49,420 bases of DNA from Candidatus Zixiibacteriota bacterium (lineage in GTDB: Bacteria > Zixibacteria > MSB-5A5 > GN15 > FEB-12): contig JBGSIV010000088.1 in the NCBI GenBank assembly GCA_041742355.1, positions 1-49,420 on the forward strand. The letters run 5' to 3'. The notes beneath the pieces were generated by a model. It worked only from the letters and a program-made list of their open reading frames with translations, searched no databases and had not been told where the DNA came from. Shown here piece after piece: positions 20,591 through 29,897 of the stretch. Every line of letters begins with the position of its first letter. Position 1 is the stretch's first letter. A program made the position numbers and the translations under genes.

Positions 20591-22018
20591 ATGAAGCGAT
20601 CAATTTGTCTCTTTGCCACACTGTCCGTTGTTGCTAGTTCACCCACACCGGGCCAAAGCAACTCGCCGTGGCCGATGCAGTGGCACGATATTAGGCATAC
20701 TTCGCGAAGCACATTACCCGGTCCCGATCATCCCGTGATCGAGTGGAGCCTTCGCCATACGAGCTTCGACGACGGAACACCTGTTCTCGCCGAAGACGGG
20801 ACTCTCTATCTAGTAGGCACCGACTCGCTCTTTGCGATAAATGGTGATGGCACTCCGAAGTGGTCTATTGAGAATACCGCCAACCTCGTCGAATTCTCAC
20901 CGGCAATTCTCAGCAACGGGGCAATAGCCGTTGGTGGTCTGTTTCAGTTGCGCACCGTCGAACCTAACGGAACACAAAAATGGGTGGTCGGCATCTCCTC
21001 ACAGTCGTCCCCAATGACCACCTCTGACGGAACAGTCTATTCAGCTGATCTCCCGTCCCTCGTATTACATTCGGTGGACTCGGCCGGCAACCTGAACTGG
21101 ACTCTCAACTTCGACGGCCCTTACGGCGCGCCAGCCATCGACACAGTCCGCAACACCCTTTATGTGAGCCACTGGCCCGCTTTGACTGCGCTGAATCTGG
21201 ATGGTTCCTTCAAGTGGTCTTACCAAACGGATCGAGAGAACTCGTCGCCGTCAGTCGGATCAGATGGGACAGTGTATTTCGCAACTAACTCGAGCATTTT
21301 CGCGCTCAATCCCAACGGATCTCTCAGGTGGGAGTATAGCAGCGATTCTACTGCCTTTGAGTTGTCGCCGCCCGCGATTAGTTTGACTGGCTCAGTGTAC
21401 GCGCAGTCCCTCTACCCTGGCACAGAGATCTTCGCCATCGACACCTCGGGTGGCCTCGAATGGAAATTCGATGCAGGCACTCAGCCTACATCCGATGTAG
21501 TCCTTGACTCCAGAGGCGTCATCTACTTTGGAACAAACAACAACCAGATAATTGCCCTCAACGCGGACGGTTCCCAACGATGGATAACTGATTACTTTGA
21601 CGGGGACATCCGGACTGACCCGATCGTTGGCCCCGGCAACAAGCTCTATGTAGTTACAGCTCATCCGGATCATCGTCTCGTTTCAATTCGTGACGGTTCA
21701 ACTGCGGTTGAGGAAGATGACCGAACGGGTGGCATCGCGACTCGATTGACCGTGAATCAGAATTTCCCCAACCCGTTCAATCCGTCCACGACATTTGGTT
21801 TCACTCTGCCAAAGGCCGCCATGGTCGAAGTAACTGTGCTCAATGTGGTCGGACAGCGCGTCGCCCTTCTCCTAAGCCGAACCCTGCCCAAAGGATACCA
21901 TGCTCTTCAATGGGATGGAAGAGATGGCGCCGGATCCCGAGTTCCTTCGGGGGTTTACATCTATCGGGTTAGCACCGAGGAGTCGTCAGTAGCGAGAAAG
22001 ATGATCTTGCTTAAGTAG
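20591..22018 (+). CDS. Secreted PQQ-like beta-propeller protein with C-terminal FlgD-Ig / T9SS-type sorting domain
   Basis: SPWPM start of mature region, repeated ALNPDGSLKW-type blades, C-terminal QNFPNPFNPST...WDGRD...SGVYIYRV...RKMILLK; lower GC than flanks. Confidence 0.85.
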   Translation: MKRSICLFATLSVVASSPTPGQSNSPWPMQWHDIRHTSRSTLPGPDHPVIEWSLRHTSFDDGTPVLAEDGTLYLVGTDSLFAINGDGTPKWSIENTANLVEFSPAILSNGAIAVGGLFQLRTVEPNGTQKWVVGISSQSSPMTTSDGTVYSADLPSLVLHSVDSAGNLNWTLNFDGPYGAPAIDTVRNTLYVSHWPALTALNLDGSFKWSYQTDRENSSPSVGSDGTVYFATNSSIFALNPNGSLRWEYSSDSTAFELSPPAISLTGSVYAQSLYPGTEIFAIDTSGGLEWKFDAGTQPTSDVVLDSRGVIYFGTNNNQIIALNADGSQRWITDYFDGDIRTDPIVGPGNKLYVVTAHPDHRLVSIRDGSTAVEEDDRTGGIATRLTVNQNFPNPFNPSTTFGFTLPKAAMVEVTVLNVVGQRVALLLSRTLPKGYHALQWDGRDGAGSRVPSGVYIYRVSTEESSVARKMILLK

Positions 22019-22129
22019 TCTTTGAACCTGTGCTGGCTGCAAACCGGCGGTGTATCGCTCCAGAATGTCCTCTGGAATCAAACTTCCCTGGTTTCGGCCG
22101 TCAAAACTCAATTCGGTCGTTCCCCCCAC

Positions 22130-22160
22130 AAAAAAAGCAGGAGCCCGACCGGGCTCCTGC
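22130..22160 (-). terminator. Intrinsic terminator
   Basis: gcaggagcccg-ac-cgggctcctgc stem with a T-run on the minus strand. Confidence 0.7.
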
Positions 22161-22186
22161 CGTGAATTCACAAAGGCCGGGGGGGA

Positions 22187-22801
22187 CTACTCCTGATGCG
22201 GCTGTCCACCGTTCAACTTCGCCTCCAGCGACTGCACCAGTTCAGTCAGACGGTCGACCTTCGCTTCCAAAGTCGCGATGTCCTCCTTCTTCACGACCTT
22301 GTACTGCTGGGCCTGGGTGGTGTATTTCGACACCTCCTGCTGCACCTTTTTCACTTCCTCGACCACCTTGCCGTACGCTTTCGCGGTCGACTTCTCGGCT
22401 TTGTCCAGCAGTTCCATCACCGCCTCGGTCTTCTCCCCTTTTTCCACCTCGCCCCGGCGAATCAACTCGTCCACAATCTTCTCGGCGCGCGCCTTGCTCA
22501 CCTCGAACGCGCCGATCGACGCCAATACCGTGTTCTTGAGTACGCTCATGGTTTTCTCACCTCCTGATTCGATTATCCACGCGAAAAAATCCCTCGTTTC
22601 CGTACTGTCCGCCCCCTTAGCCGCCTCGGCGAACGCCAGTCGCCCCAAAACCTCGGACGTAATGTCCTCACCGCTCACCGAGTCGACTATCTGAAACCGC
22701 TCACCGTTGCGGATCAACTCCGCCAGATCCTCATGCTTGATCGTACGGCTTGTCTGGCTGTCGTATAACCGCCGGTTGCTGTATCGCCTGATTACCCTCA
22801 T
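22187..22801 (-). CDS. PhaR-type PHA-regulator DNA-binding domain fused to a phasin-like domain
   Basis: N-term VIRRYSNRRLYDSQTSR...SGEDITSEVL (PHB_acc_N pattern); C-term VLASIGAFEVSKARAEKIVDELIRRGEV...EDIATLEAKVDRL (phasin pattern). Confidence 0.85.
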   Translation of the reverse strand: MRVIRRYSNRRLYDSQTSRTIKHEDLAELIRNGERFQIVDSVSGEDITSEVLGRLAFAEAAKGADSTETRDFFAWIIESGGEKTMSVLKNTVLASIGAFEVSKARAEKIVDELIRRGEVEKGEKTEAVMELLDKAEKSTAKAYGKVVEEVKKVQQEVSKYTTQAQQYKVVKKEDIATLEAKVDRLTELVQSLEAKLNGGQPHQE

Positions 22802-22943
22802 CAGTCATCACCTCCCCGAACTCGTCCGCCATGCTTGTGTCGGGTCCTGACAGCAATATAGTGCACCGCACTATAAATACGCAAGAAAAACCGGTCGGGT
22901 TCCCCCGACCGGCAAGATTTCCGAAATCTCGGGCTTGGTTCCA

Positions 22944-23020
22944 GTAGGTCAGGCTCCTTGGAGCCTGACATGGAAGTTCGCAAAGACAAAAAAAGTCAGG
23001 CTGCAAGCAGCCTGACCTAC
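22944..23020. repeat. REPIN-like inverted doublet of GTAG-type REPs
   Basis: GTAGgtcaggctccttggagcctgac ... gtcaggctgcaagcagcctgacCTAC. Confidence 0.85.
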
Positions 23021-23055
23021 AAAACTACAACTCTTAACAGCTATTCGATTCGGGA

Positions 23056-23457
23056 TCAGTGCTTGCCCGTCGACAGCAGCACGATATTCAGAATCTCCAG
23101 CAGCCGCTCGCAGGAGAACGGCTTCTTGATGAACATGTCCCCTCCCGACTTGAACGACCGCCCCATATCGTCGTTGCGGTCCTTGCCGGTCAGGAAGATA
23201 ATCGGTGTGCCGGCGAACCGGGGCACCTTCTTGAGGGCCGCGCAAACGTCGTAGCCATCCATGACCGGCATCATGATATCCAGCAGGATGACGTCGGGGT
23301 TGAACCCCTGGGCCTTCTCGATCGCCCTGGTCGGCTGGTTCTCCACCATCACCTGGTACCCGGCCTCGGTCAGGAAGGTCTCGACGATCTCGGTAATTTC
23401 CGGCTCGTCGTCCACCACGAGCACGCGGGCTGAGGCTATGTTGATCTTGTGCGACAT
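23056..23457 (-). CDS. Single-domain response regulator (CheY-like)
   Basis: VLVVDDE, LLDIMMPVMDG, FLTG, KPF. Confidence 0.93.
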   Translation of the reverse strand: MSHKINIASARVLVVDDEPEITEIVETFLTEAGYQVMVENQPTRAIEKAQGFNPDVILLDIMMPVMDGYDVCAALKKVPRFAGTPIIFLTGKDRNDDMGRSFKSGGDMFIKKPFSCERLLEILNIVLLSTGKH

Positions 23458-23559
23458 CCGTCCACCTTTGTCTGTTTCTCCGCCCCGCTACGGGGCGCAG
23501 GCGAGGTACTACACCTGTAATGTCGGATGATCCTGTCGGTCTCTTAACGAGGCCGGCGC

Positions 23560-23955
23560 CTATTTCAGCGAAAGCATCGCCACATCAACCAGTTCCACAA
23601 TCCGGGCGGGCGAGAAGGGCTTGCGGACGAACATCGCCCCTCCGTGTTTGAACGCCCGTCCCCCGTCCTCCTGCATGGTCTTCCCGGTCAGGAACAGGAT
23701 AGGGATTCGCGCGGTCAGCGGGTCATCAACGAGCTGCTGGGCGGCCGCGTAACCGTCGACCCCCGGCATCGTGATATCCATGAGGATCAGGCTCGGGCGG
23801 TCTGCCCGCGCCCGTGCTACCCCCGACTCGCCGTCGTTGGCCTCGATCACCCGGTAGCCCGCTCGCTCCAAGGCTGTCGCTACCAGCCCGGTAATGGCCG
23901 GCTCGTCATCAACGACCAGCACGGTTCCCCGGCCGGCCTGCGTTTCACTACTCAT
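23560..23955 (-). CDS. Single-domain response regulator (CheY-like)
   Basis: VLVVDDE, LMDITMPGVDG, FLTG, KPF; GGGAGA SD before ATG 23955. Confidence 0.9.
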   Translation of the reverse strand: MSSETQAGRGTVLVVDDEPAITGLVATALERAGYRVIEANDGESGVARARADRPSLILMDITMPGVDGYAAAQQLVDDPLTARIPILFLTGKTMQEDGGRAFKHGGAMFVRKPFSPARIVELVDVAMLSLK

Positions 23956-24139
23956 GCTTCTCCCAATTCGTTCTGGCCGAGTCCCGGCATCAAGTTCTAC
24001 CCATCCCGTAACCGAGTGATCCCCTGTCTTTATCGGCAACCGGCGGGCGTTGCTGAATCCCTTTGCTTCCGTCAAAACCCTTGCGGCACACGATATAGCC
24101 GGTGCGCCGCGCCATCCCTCCCCCCGGCCCCGTTTTTAA

Positions 24140-24168
24140 TTGCAGCCCCGGCCCCCCTCCGCTATCCT
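24140..24168 (+). promoter_or_regulatory. Sigma70-type promoter TTGCAG-N17-TATCCT, 7 nt before the smpB ATG
   Basis: Box sequences and spacing; no SD between the -10 and the ATG. Confidence 0.55.
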
Positions 24169-24175
24169 GTAGTGT

Positions 24176-24637
24176 ATGAAAGAACCCGCCGATCGACATT
24201 ACATTGTCCGCAACCGTAAAGCCCGCCACGACTACGAGATCAAGGACATCTACGAGGCCGGTATCTCGCTGGTCGGCAGCGAGGTCAAGTCATTGCGGGT
24301 GGGCATGGTAAACCTGGCCGATGCCTACGCGACGGTCGAAAACGGCGAGGTCATCCTGAAGAACCTCCATATCTCCCCGTTCAAAATGGCCCGGGAGAAT
24401 CACGACCCGATCCGCCCCCGCCGTCTCCTCCTGCACAAGAAGGAGATCCGCAAGCTTTTCGCCGCTACCGAACAGAAGGGCCTCACCCTGGTCCCGCTCG
24501 GCATCTATTTTCGCAATAATCTTGTCAAAATTGAATTGGCCGTCGGCGTCGGACGTAAAAAATACGACAAGCGCCAGGCCATTGCCGAGGCCGAAGCCGA
24601 ACGGCGGATCAAACAGGCCATGCGCAAAGATATCTAA
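24176..24637 (+). CDS. smpB: SsrA-binding protein SmpB
   Basis: NRKARHDY, EAGISLVGSEVKSLR, RRLLLHKKEI, RKKYDKR. Confidence 0.98.
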   Translation: MKEPADRHYIVRNRKARHDYEIKDIYEAGISLVGSEVKSLRVGMVNLADAYATVENGEVILKNLHISPFKMARENHDPIRPRRLLLHKKEIRKLFAATEQKGLTLVPLGIYFRNNLVKIELAVGVGRKKYDKRQAIAEAEAERRIKQAMRKDI

Positions 24638-24642
24638 CCAGC

Positions 24643-26202
24643 ATGAACATGATGTTACGCACCATAGCCCTTCTCGCCCTCGCCTATTTGGTCCTTGTAG
24701 CCGCCGTCGCAACGGCCGCCCCGGCCAAAGTCGAGGTCGTCATCAACGGCAACACCGAGCAGGTCACGGCCATTGAGCGCCACGGCATTTCCTACCTGTC
24801 GTTTTCCGAGCTCGCCGAACTCATCGAGGGCACCCTCGACTGGCAGACGGTCGGCCATACTGTCTCTTTCACTGCTCCTTCCGCCCGGCTGCGGTTCCTC
24901 ATCGGCTCCCCGTGGGTCACCCTCAACGATTCCGTCTACAACCTGACCCACGCCGTCGAGCTGGTCGATGGGAAGCTGTTTGTCCCGGCCGAGACCTTCA
25001 CGCCGGTGCTGAACATCATCACGCCCCAGCAGACTTCCTGGACCGATGTCCGCGGCAACCCCCGGTTGCAGATTGACGACGGCCCTTATAATGTCACCGA
25101 CCTCGTGGTTTCCGCCAAAGCCAACGGTCTGCTGCTGGAGATCCTCCTGACCACCACGCTGAAGTACGACGCGTTCCTGTCCGACGGCAACTACCTCAAT
25201 GTCTCTATCCGCGACGGTGTGCTGAACCGCAATCGAATCCTCTCCCGCCGCGACAAACGCTGGATGTACGATCTCAACGCCCACCAGGTTGCCGGCGCCG
25301 CCCAGATCTCGATCCGCCTGCGCGATACCATTCAGGAATGGCACCACCGCGTCCTCTACGATCCCCCGCGCATCCAGATCTCCGTCGTCGACAAATCCTA
25401 CGCCGACTCCCTCCCCGCTCCGGTCGACTCTCAACCGAATGTCGGCCCTGACGACAAAATCGATGTCATCGTGATCGACCCCGGCCATGGCGGCAAGCAG
25501 TACGGCGCGATCGGCCCCGGCGGCACGCGTGAAAAAGATATCGCTTTGGAAATCGCCCAGCGGCTCGCCCGGCTTATCCGCAAGGACCGCCAGTTCAAGG
25601 TCATCATGACCCGCGACCGCGATGAAACCGTGTCGCTTGAACAGCGCGCCAAGGTCGCCAACGACGCCGGCTGCGACCTGTTCATCAGCATCCACGCCAA
25701 CAGCTCCCCCAAGCGGAGTGTCCGAGGCTGGAATGTCTTCTTCCTCGCCCCCGCCAGAAACGATTCTGCGCGCGCCGTCGCGCAGTTCGAGAACAGCGCC
25801 TTCCTGCGCGAGCAGGGGGAACTGCCCGCTGAGACGGAACCGTCGACCGACGACGAGGGCCGCAGCCTGTTCGATGATCCTATTCTCGGGATTCTCAATG
25901 AGATGATCATGACCGAGTTCCAGACTGAGTCGCACGATTTCGCCATGATGTGCGACAAGTCCTTCCGCCGCGGAATCCGCACCACCGCCCGGGGCGTCGA
26001 CCAGGCCGGGTTCTTCGTCCTCAACCGCGTCTATGCTCCGTCGGTCCTTGTCGAGACCGGCTTTATATCCAATCGCGATGAAGAGCGTTTGCTGAAAACC
26101 GCCGAGTACCAGCAGGCGGTCGCGGACGCCCTCTACGACTCGATCCAGCGCTTCAAGGAAAAATACGAGCGCTACGCCGAGGAGACGGTCGGCGGGATGT
26201 AG
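24643..26202 (+). CDS. N-acetylmuramoyl-L-alanine amidase (Amidase_3) with N-terminal accessory domains
   Basis: Signal peptide; IVIDPGHGG, EKDIAL, FISIHAN, PSVLVETGFISN. Confidence 0.93.
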   Translation: MNMMLRTIALLALAYLVLVAAVATAAPAKVEVVINGNTEQVTAIERHGISYLSFSELAELIEGTLDWQTVGHTVSFTAPSARLRFLIGSPWVTLNDSVYNLTHAVELVDGKLFVPAETFTPVLNIITPQQTSWTDVRGNPRLQIDDGPYNVTDLVVSAKANGLLLEILLTTTLKYDAFLSDGNYLNVSIRDGVLNRNRILSRRDKRWMYDLNAHQVAGAAQISIRLRDTIQEWHHRVLYDPPRIQISVVDKSYADSLPAPVDSQPNVGPDDKIDVIVIDPGHGGKQYGAIGPGGTREKDIALEIAQRLARLIRKDRQFKVIMTRDRDETVSLEQRAKVANDAGCDLFISIHANSSPKRSVRGWNVFFLAPARNDSARAVAQFENSAFLREQGELPAETEPSTDDEGRSLFDDPILGILNEMIMTEFQTESHDFAMMCDKSFRRGIRTTARGVDQAGFFVLNRVYAPSVLVETGFISNRDEERLLKTAEYQQAVADALYDSIQRFKEKYERYAEETVGGM

Positions 26203-26319
26203 TAGGTCGGGTTCCGGAGCGAGCGCAGAAGGCGCAGAGCGGAGAAACCCGACAGCAGGTTAAGCGCATTGGCAACAAGTCGGGTTTCTCGGCGCTTCGC
26301 GCCTCGGAACCCGACCTAC
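26202..26319. repeat. REPIN-like inverted doublet of GTAG-type REPs abutting the amidase stop codon
   Basis: GTAGgtcgggttcc...gaaacccgac and gtcgggtttc...ggaacccgacCTAC. Confidence 0.85.
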
Positions 26320-26467
26320 TTTTGTCAGGATGCAGGGCAGGAGCCCCTCGGCGACCACGGTGAATTCTGTCTTGCCTCCCGCGCCTCAGTCGGCTTAATT
26401 CACTATATCACACGCCGTGAAGCCCTGACTTGAGGGGGAAACCGCGTACCATGTAGCGGAGGTCACA

Positions 26468-27445
26468 GTGAGAATTCGAATGATCTTACGGCACACAGCG
26501 GGCTGGTTTTTCGTCTGGGGCGCCTTATTCTCCGGCTTGGTGGGTATCGGCACGGCAAGAGCCGGTTCCGAGGCTCAGATCTGGATCTCGCCGGCGGTGT
26601 ATCCTCCCCCGACCTGCTCGCTGGTGACTGTGTACGTTGAGGCGTACGGTTGGGACATTGCGCAGGCGCCGGCCGGAAGCATGGTTCGTTTCCAGGTTAT
26701 CCGAAATAGGACCGACACGGCCACCGAGGCTTTGTTGTGTAAGGGGTGCTACGATCGCCGGCTGCTGACTCCTCTGTTTCGCCGGCAAATGGAGTTCGGC
26801 ACCTCAATTGACTTAACATCGTATTACACTCTTCCCGGCGATACGACTACCTACAACCCTCCTGCGCTCGCCCCCGAACACCGGGACGATCTCTGGTTGC
26901 TCCGGTGCTGGCCCCCCGGAGTCTACGAGATCCAAGCCACTTTCTCGTGGGGTTACAAATTCACAGTCGGCCGACGTACGTATTGGAGCGGGTCTGTAAC
27001 CTCGAATTCGGTGCGCATCGCGATTGACACCTCGTTTATCGATACCACTGTTCCGAATCCGATCGCAAGCACCTCCTATAAGGTGACCGGCGTGAATCCG
27101 TTTGACTTCACCAACTACAACCTCTACTACCTTGAGTCGAGTGACGGTAACAGGTTCGTGCTCGCGTCGCCCAAGTGCGAGGAGAGCGAGGCGCGAAGTC
27201 AGTTGGGTGATGTTGAGGAGATCGCTTTGGACCAGACCTACGTACTCACACTGAGGGAATACCGGACTTTCCCGGATTTCGAGCCCTTTATCAGAAGTTG
27301 CCGCTTGAACCTCTTTTTCGACAACGAGTCGACGAGCCGGACGAATGTGAGGGGCGGCAGGGTAGTCTACTCGGATTTCGATTTCTTCAGGCGAGTGTTT
27401 TATTCTGACGATGTGGTGGGGGCTTACGTGCGGCGGCAGCCGTAG
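26468..27445 (+). CDS. Hypothetical exported protein
   Basis: GGAGGT SD plus GTG start; signal peptide ending ARA; 325 aa; no family recognised. Confidence 0.7.
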   Translation: MRIRMILRHTAGWFFVWGALFSGLVGIGTARAGSEAQIWISPAVYPPPTCSLVTVYVEAYGWDIAQAPAGSMVRFQVIRNRTDTATEALLCKGCYDRRLLTPLFRRQMEFGTSIDLTSYYTLPGDTTTYNPPALAPEHRDDLWLLRCWPPGVYEIQATFSWGYKFTVGRRTYWSGSVTSNSVRIAIDTSFIDTTVPNPIASTSYKVTGVNPFDFTNYNLYYLESSDGNRFVLASPKCEESEARSQLGDVEEIALDQTYVLTLREYRTFPDFEPFIRSCRLNLFFDNESTSRTNVRGGRVVYSDFDFFRRVFYSDDVVGAYVRRQP

Positions 27446-27452
27446 AATTGTT

Positions 27453-27625
27453 GTTCCGCAGGGTCACATCCGCCTTCGGCGGCCAAGACCCTGCGGAACG
27501 TGCTGGGGTCACTCTCCCCAGCGGCGGACAAGACCCTGCGGAACGGGTTGCGGACCACCGACGATTCTAATCATTCCGTCCCCCGCCGGGGTTGTTTGAA
27601 TTCCCGCCATGACAAACTATGAAGC
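27453..27625 (+). repeat. Family H palindrome plus a degenerate copy of the murI promoter and 5' end (direct repeat of 29800-29914)
   Basis: ttccgcagggtcacatccgcc...gaccctgcggaac, and 27556-27625 matches 29845-29914 at about 60 of 70 nt, including ATGACAAACTAYGAAGC. Confidence 0.85.
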
Positions 27626-27633
27626 TGTGCACC

Positions 27634-29463
27634 CTACTCCCGCTCCCTCTTCATCGCCTCCACCTCCTGCCGCAGCGCCGCCAGTTCGTCCCTGAGTATC
27701 TGGACTTCACTGACGTCGTCCGACCGGGATGGCGTCATCGCCGGCAGATCAACCCTCGCGGGCTGAGCGACGTCGACCCCGGGCATGTCGGCCGCCGCGG
27801 CATCGTAGCTGTAGGCAGTGGGGATGTAGAAGCAGTGCATTCCGGCACTGTAGACGTACACTTCTCCATCGGCGCTCCGGGCGTTCAGGTAGAACGTGTA
27901 CACGCCGGCTGTGTCAGTCCGGAACAGTTTCATGGGATTCAGCGTAACGCGGTAGAAACCCGCCACCGCGGCGCCTGGGAGCGAGAATGCCGCGTTGTAG
28001 CTGTCGTCGCCCGACGTCGGTGATTGCGACGGGCATACGTATACGTCGGTCGACCCGGATCCGGGATGATTCAGGCTTGCCTTCGTCGTCCCGAATACCA
28101 GGACCCACCCCGGCCCCGGCACGCGCATGGTCCGCGATAAGTAGTCCTGCCACGAGTCTGTGCACGTCATCGCAGGGTACACTGCTGCCGATGCCACGCC
28201 CATCTCATCGACAATGCTGGTGGAGAAGATCGCTCCCGCTGTCAACGTGTCGCGCACCTTCACATTTCCCATCACGTGCAGCTTCGCCGTCGGAGTGCCG
28301 GTCCCGATGCCGACATTCCCCCCGTCTTTAAGCATCAGCCGGTAGTCGGCCACGGTCGTCTCGCTGAAATCCAGTCCCCCGTTATAGTATCCCACATGGT
28401 ACTTGGTTGTGCCGCTGCTCTGAATCGCGGCGGAGCCGTTCACCGTCAGCTTGTGGGTGGGGGTTTCCGTCCCGATGCCGAGATTTCCGGAGACATAGCT
28501 CGTCGGCCCCAGGAAGTAGCCGCCGAAGCCGTTCGTGCTGGCGCCGTAGACGCCCCGCCCGCTCGTGCTGGTGCCCATGACGCCGTAGCCATCAACCTCC
28601 GCGCGGCCGTACACTCCGGCGACTCCGACGCTGCCGGTCGTCCGCCCATAGATAGCGACTGCCGTCGAGCGAACATCCAATGGGTACTCCGGCAGCGTCG
28701 TTCCGATGCCCACTCGGCCTTCGCCCGTCCACGTCATGACTTCGGCTCCAATGTCCTGGCTCCGCAAAGCCAGCGCCCCTTCCGGCAAGTTGTTATTGGT
28801 GTAGTCGTCCATCCGGAAATGCCACATATTCTGAGGCGTCTCAAACCGAAGACCCGTTTCCCCCCACTGCGTTGCATGGTTTGTCTCCAAACGCAGAAAA
28901 GCCGTACCGCCCGAAGTGCTGTTGGCGACATGAACCTTGTCTTCCGGGACTGCAATCCCCACGCCGACTTTGTCCGAGGAGTTGGTGAGCCGAACCGTGA
29001 CTCCGTCGTCCGCCCAGCCGCTGCTCCCCATTCCCAGTGCAAACCCCGCCGTATCGGCGTAGCCCGACCGACCGGCTGTGTCCGCGTACTGCGCCCGGAA
29101 CGCGTACGCGTTGGTCGCAAACGGCAGCCGGGTCGCCGACGGCGACCCGCTCCCGACGGTCAATTGGAGCCATCCCCCGGAGTCTTTGAAGAGCGTCCGA
29201 TTCAAAGGTGTCGATACCCCGAGCAGCACCTCGAAGATCCCCTCCTTGATCACGACGTCCTTGGCCGTCTCCTGCCACAACTGGCTACCTCCGCTTGAGT
29301 CGTCAAAGAGCGTGAACGTGATATCAATAGTCGTATCCAGCGGCTGCCCGATTGCGTCGGTCAACCGCCCCTGGAAACTGATTGTCCCGGGCACCGACGC
29401 GTGCACTGTCGCGCCGCTCATCAACAGCACCGCCAGTGCCGCCATGCCTGCGATCAGACGCAT
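27634..29463 (-). CDS. Secreted fibre/adhesin-like protein with GxVGIGT repeats and C-terminal coiled coil
   Basis: Signal peptide; VPGTISFQGRLTD...WQET N-domain; KVGVG, GRVGIGT, GNLGIGT, GNVGIGT repeats; Gly-rich GVYG repeats; LRDELAALRQEVEAMK tail; CAGGAG SD. Confidence 0.8.
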   Translation of the reverse strand: MRLIAGMAALAVLLMSGATVHASVPGTISFQGRLTDAIGQPLDTTIDITFTLFDDSSGGSQLWQETAKDVVIKEGIFEVLLGVSTPLNRTLFKDSGGWLQLTVGSGSPSATRLPFATNAYAFRAQYADTAGRSGYADTAGFALGMGSSGWADDGVTVRLTNSSDKVGVGIAVPEDKVHVANSTSGGTAFLRLETNHATQWGETGLRFETPQNMWHFRMDDYTNNNLPEGALALRSQDIGAEVMTWTGEGRVGIGTTLPEYPLDVRSTAVAIYGRTTGSVGVAGVYGRAEVDGYGVMGTSTSGRGVYGASTNGFGGYFLGPTSYVSGNLGIGTETPTHKLTVNGSAAIQSSGTTKYHVGYYNGGLDFSETTVADYRLMLKDGGNVGIGTGTPTAKLHVMGNVKVRDTLTAGAIFSTSIVDEMGVASAAVYPAMTCTDSWQDYLSRTMRVPGPGWVLVFGTTKASLNHPGSGSTDVYVCPSQSPTSGDDSYNAAFSLPGAAVAGFYRVTLNPMKLFRTDTAGVYTFYLNARSADGEVYVYSAGMHCFYIPTAYSYDAAAADMPGVDVAQPARVDLPAMTPSRSDDVSEVQILRDELAALRQEVEAMKRERE

Positions 29464-29544
29464 ACCTGACTCCTGTTGTATCTGATAGTTGAGTATGTTG
29501 CAACCAACCGCGACCGCACTAGCCCCTGCGTCGCTCCTGTGGAC

Positions 29545-29573
29545 AATCTATACCATTATCGGCCATTTGTCAA
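29545..29573 (-). promoter_or_regulatory. Sigma70-type promoter TTGACA-N17-TAGATT
   Basis: Near-consensus boxes ~80 nt upstream of the 29463 start. Confidence 0.7.
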
Positions 29574-29629
29574 ATCGGGTGCACCCGTCAATCGCTCCGG
29601 TGCCACGGACGCGCGCAGCGTATCCGTGC

Positions 29630-29845
29630 GTGGTGTCAGGCGACCCCCCCTGACACCGTGCGCGGCAGATTTCATCATCTGCTGCGAATGACCCTGCGGC
29701 AGTCGGTGTAACCCCGGGGCGACACAAGGCCGCCCCCTACGGCAGAACCATAACCATCTCCCCCGTTGAAGCGGGGCTTGTCCCCGCCCATCCGTCGGTT
29801 TCCGCAGGGTCACATCCGCCTGCGGCGGACAAGACCCAGCGGAAC
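29630..29845. repeat. Cluster of REP-like palindromes (families F, G, GTAG-type, H)
   Basis: gtggtgtcagg...cctgacacc, gtgcgcggcagat...atctgctgcg, ggggcgacacaaggccgccccctac, gcggggcttgtccccgc, ttccgcagggtc...gacccagcggaa. Confidence 0.75.
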
Positions 29846-29897
29846 ACCGCCGATTTTTATTATTCCGTCCCCCATCAGGGTTGTATAAATTCCCGCC

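Noticed and set aside
24176..24700. tmRNA (ssrA) next to smpB
   Set aside because: The amidase starts 5 nt after smpB and I saw no tRNA-like ends (GGGG...TCCACCA) nearby.
27609..27695. Short ORF MTNYEAVHPTPAP... as a real gene
   Set aside because: Only the first six codons derive from the murI duplication, the rest is antisense to the fibre gene, and its -10 box is mutated.
27634..29463. Prophage tail-fibre gene
   Set aside because: It has a Sec signal peptide and its own sigma70 promoter, I saw no S74 chaperone motif, and there are no phage genes around it, so a cellular adhesin is more likely.
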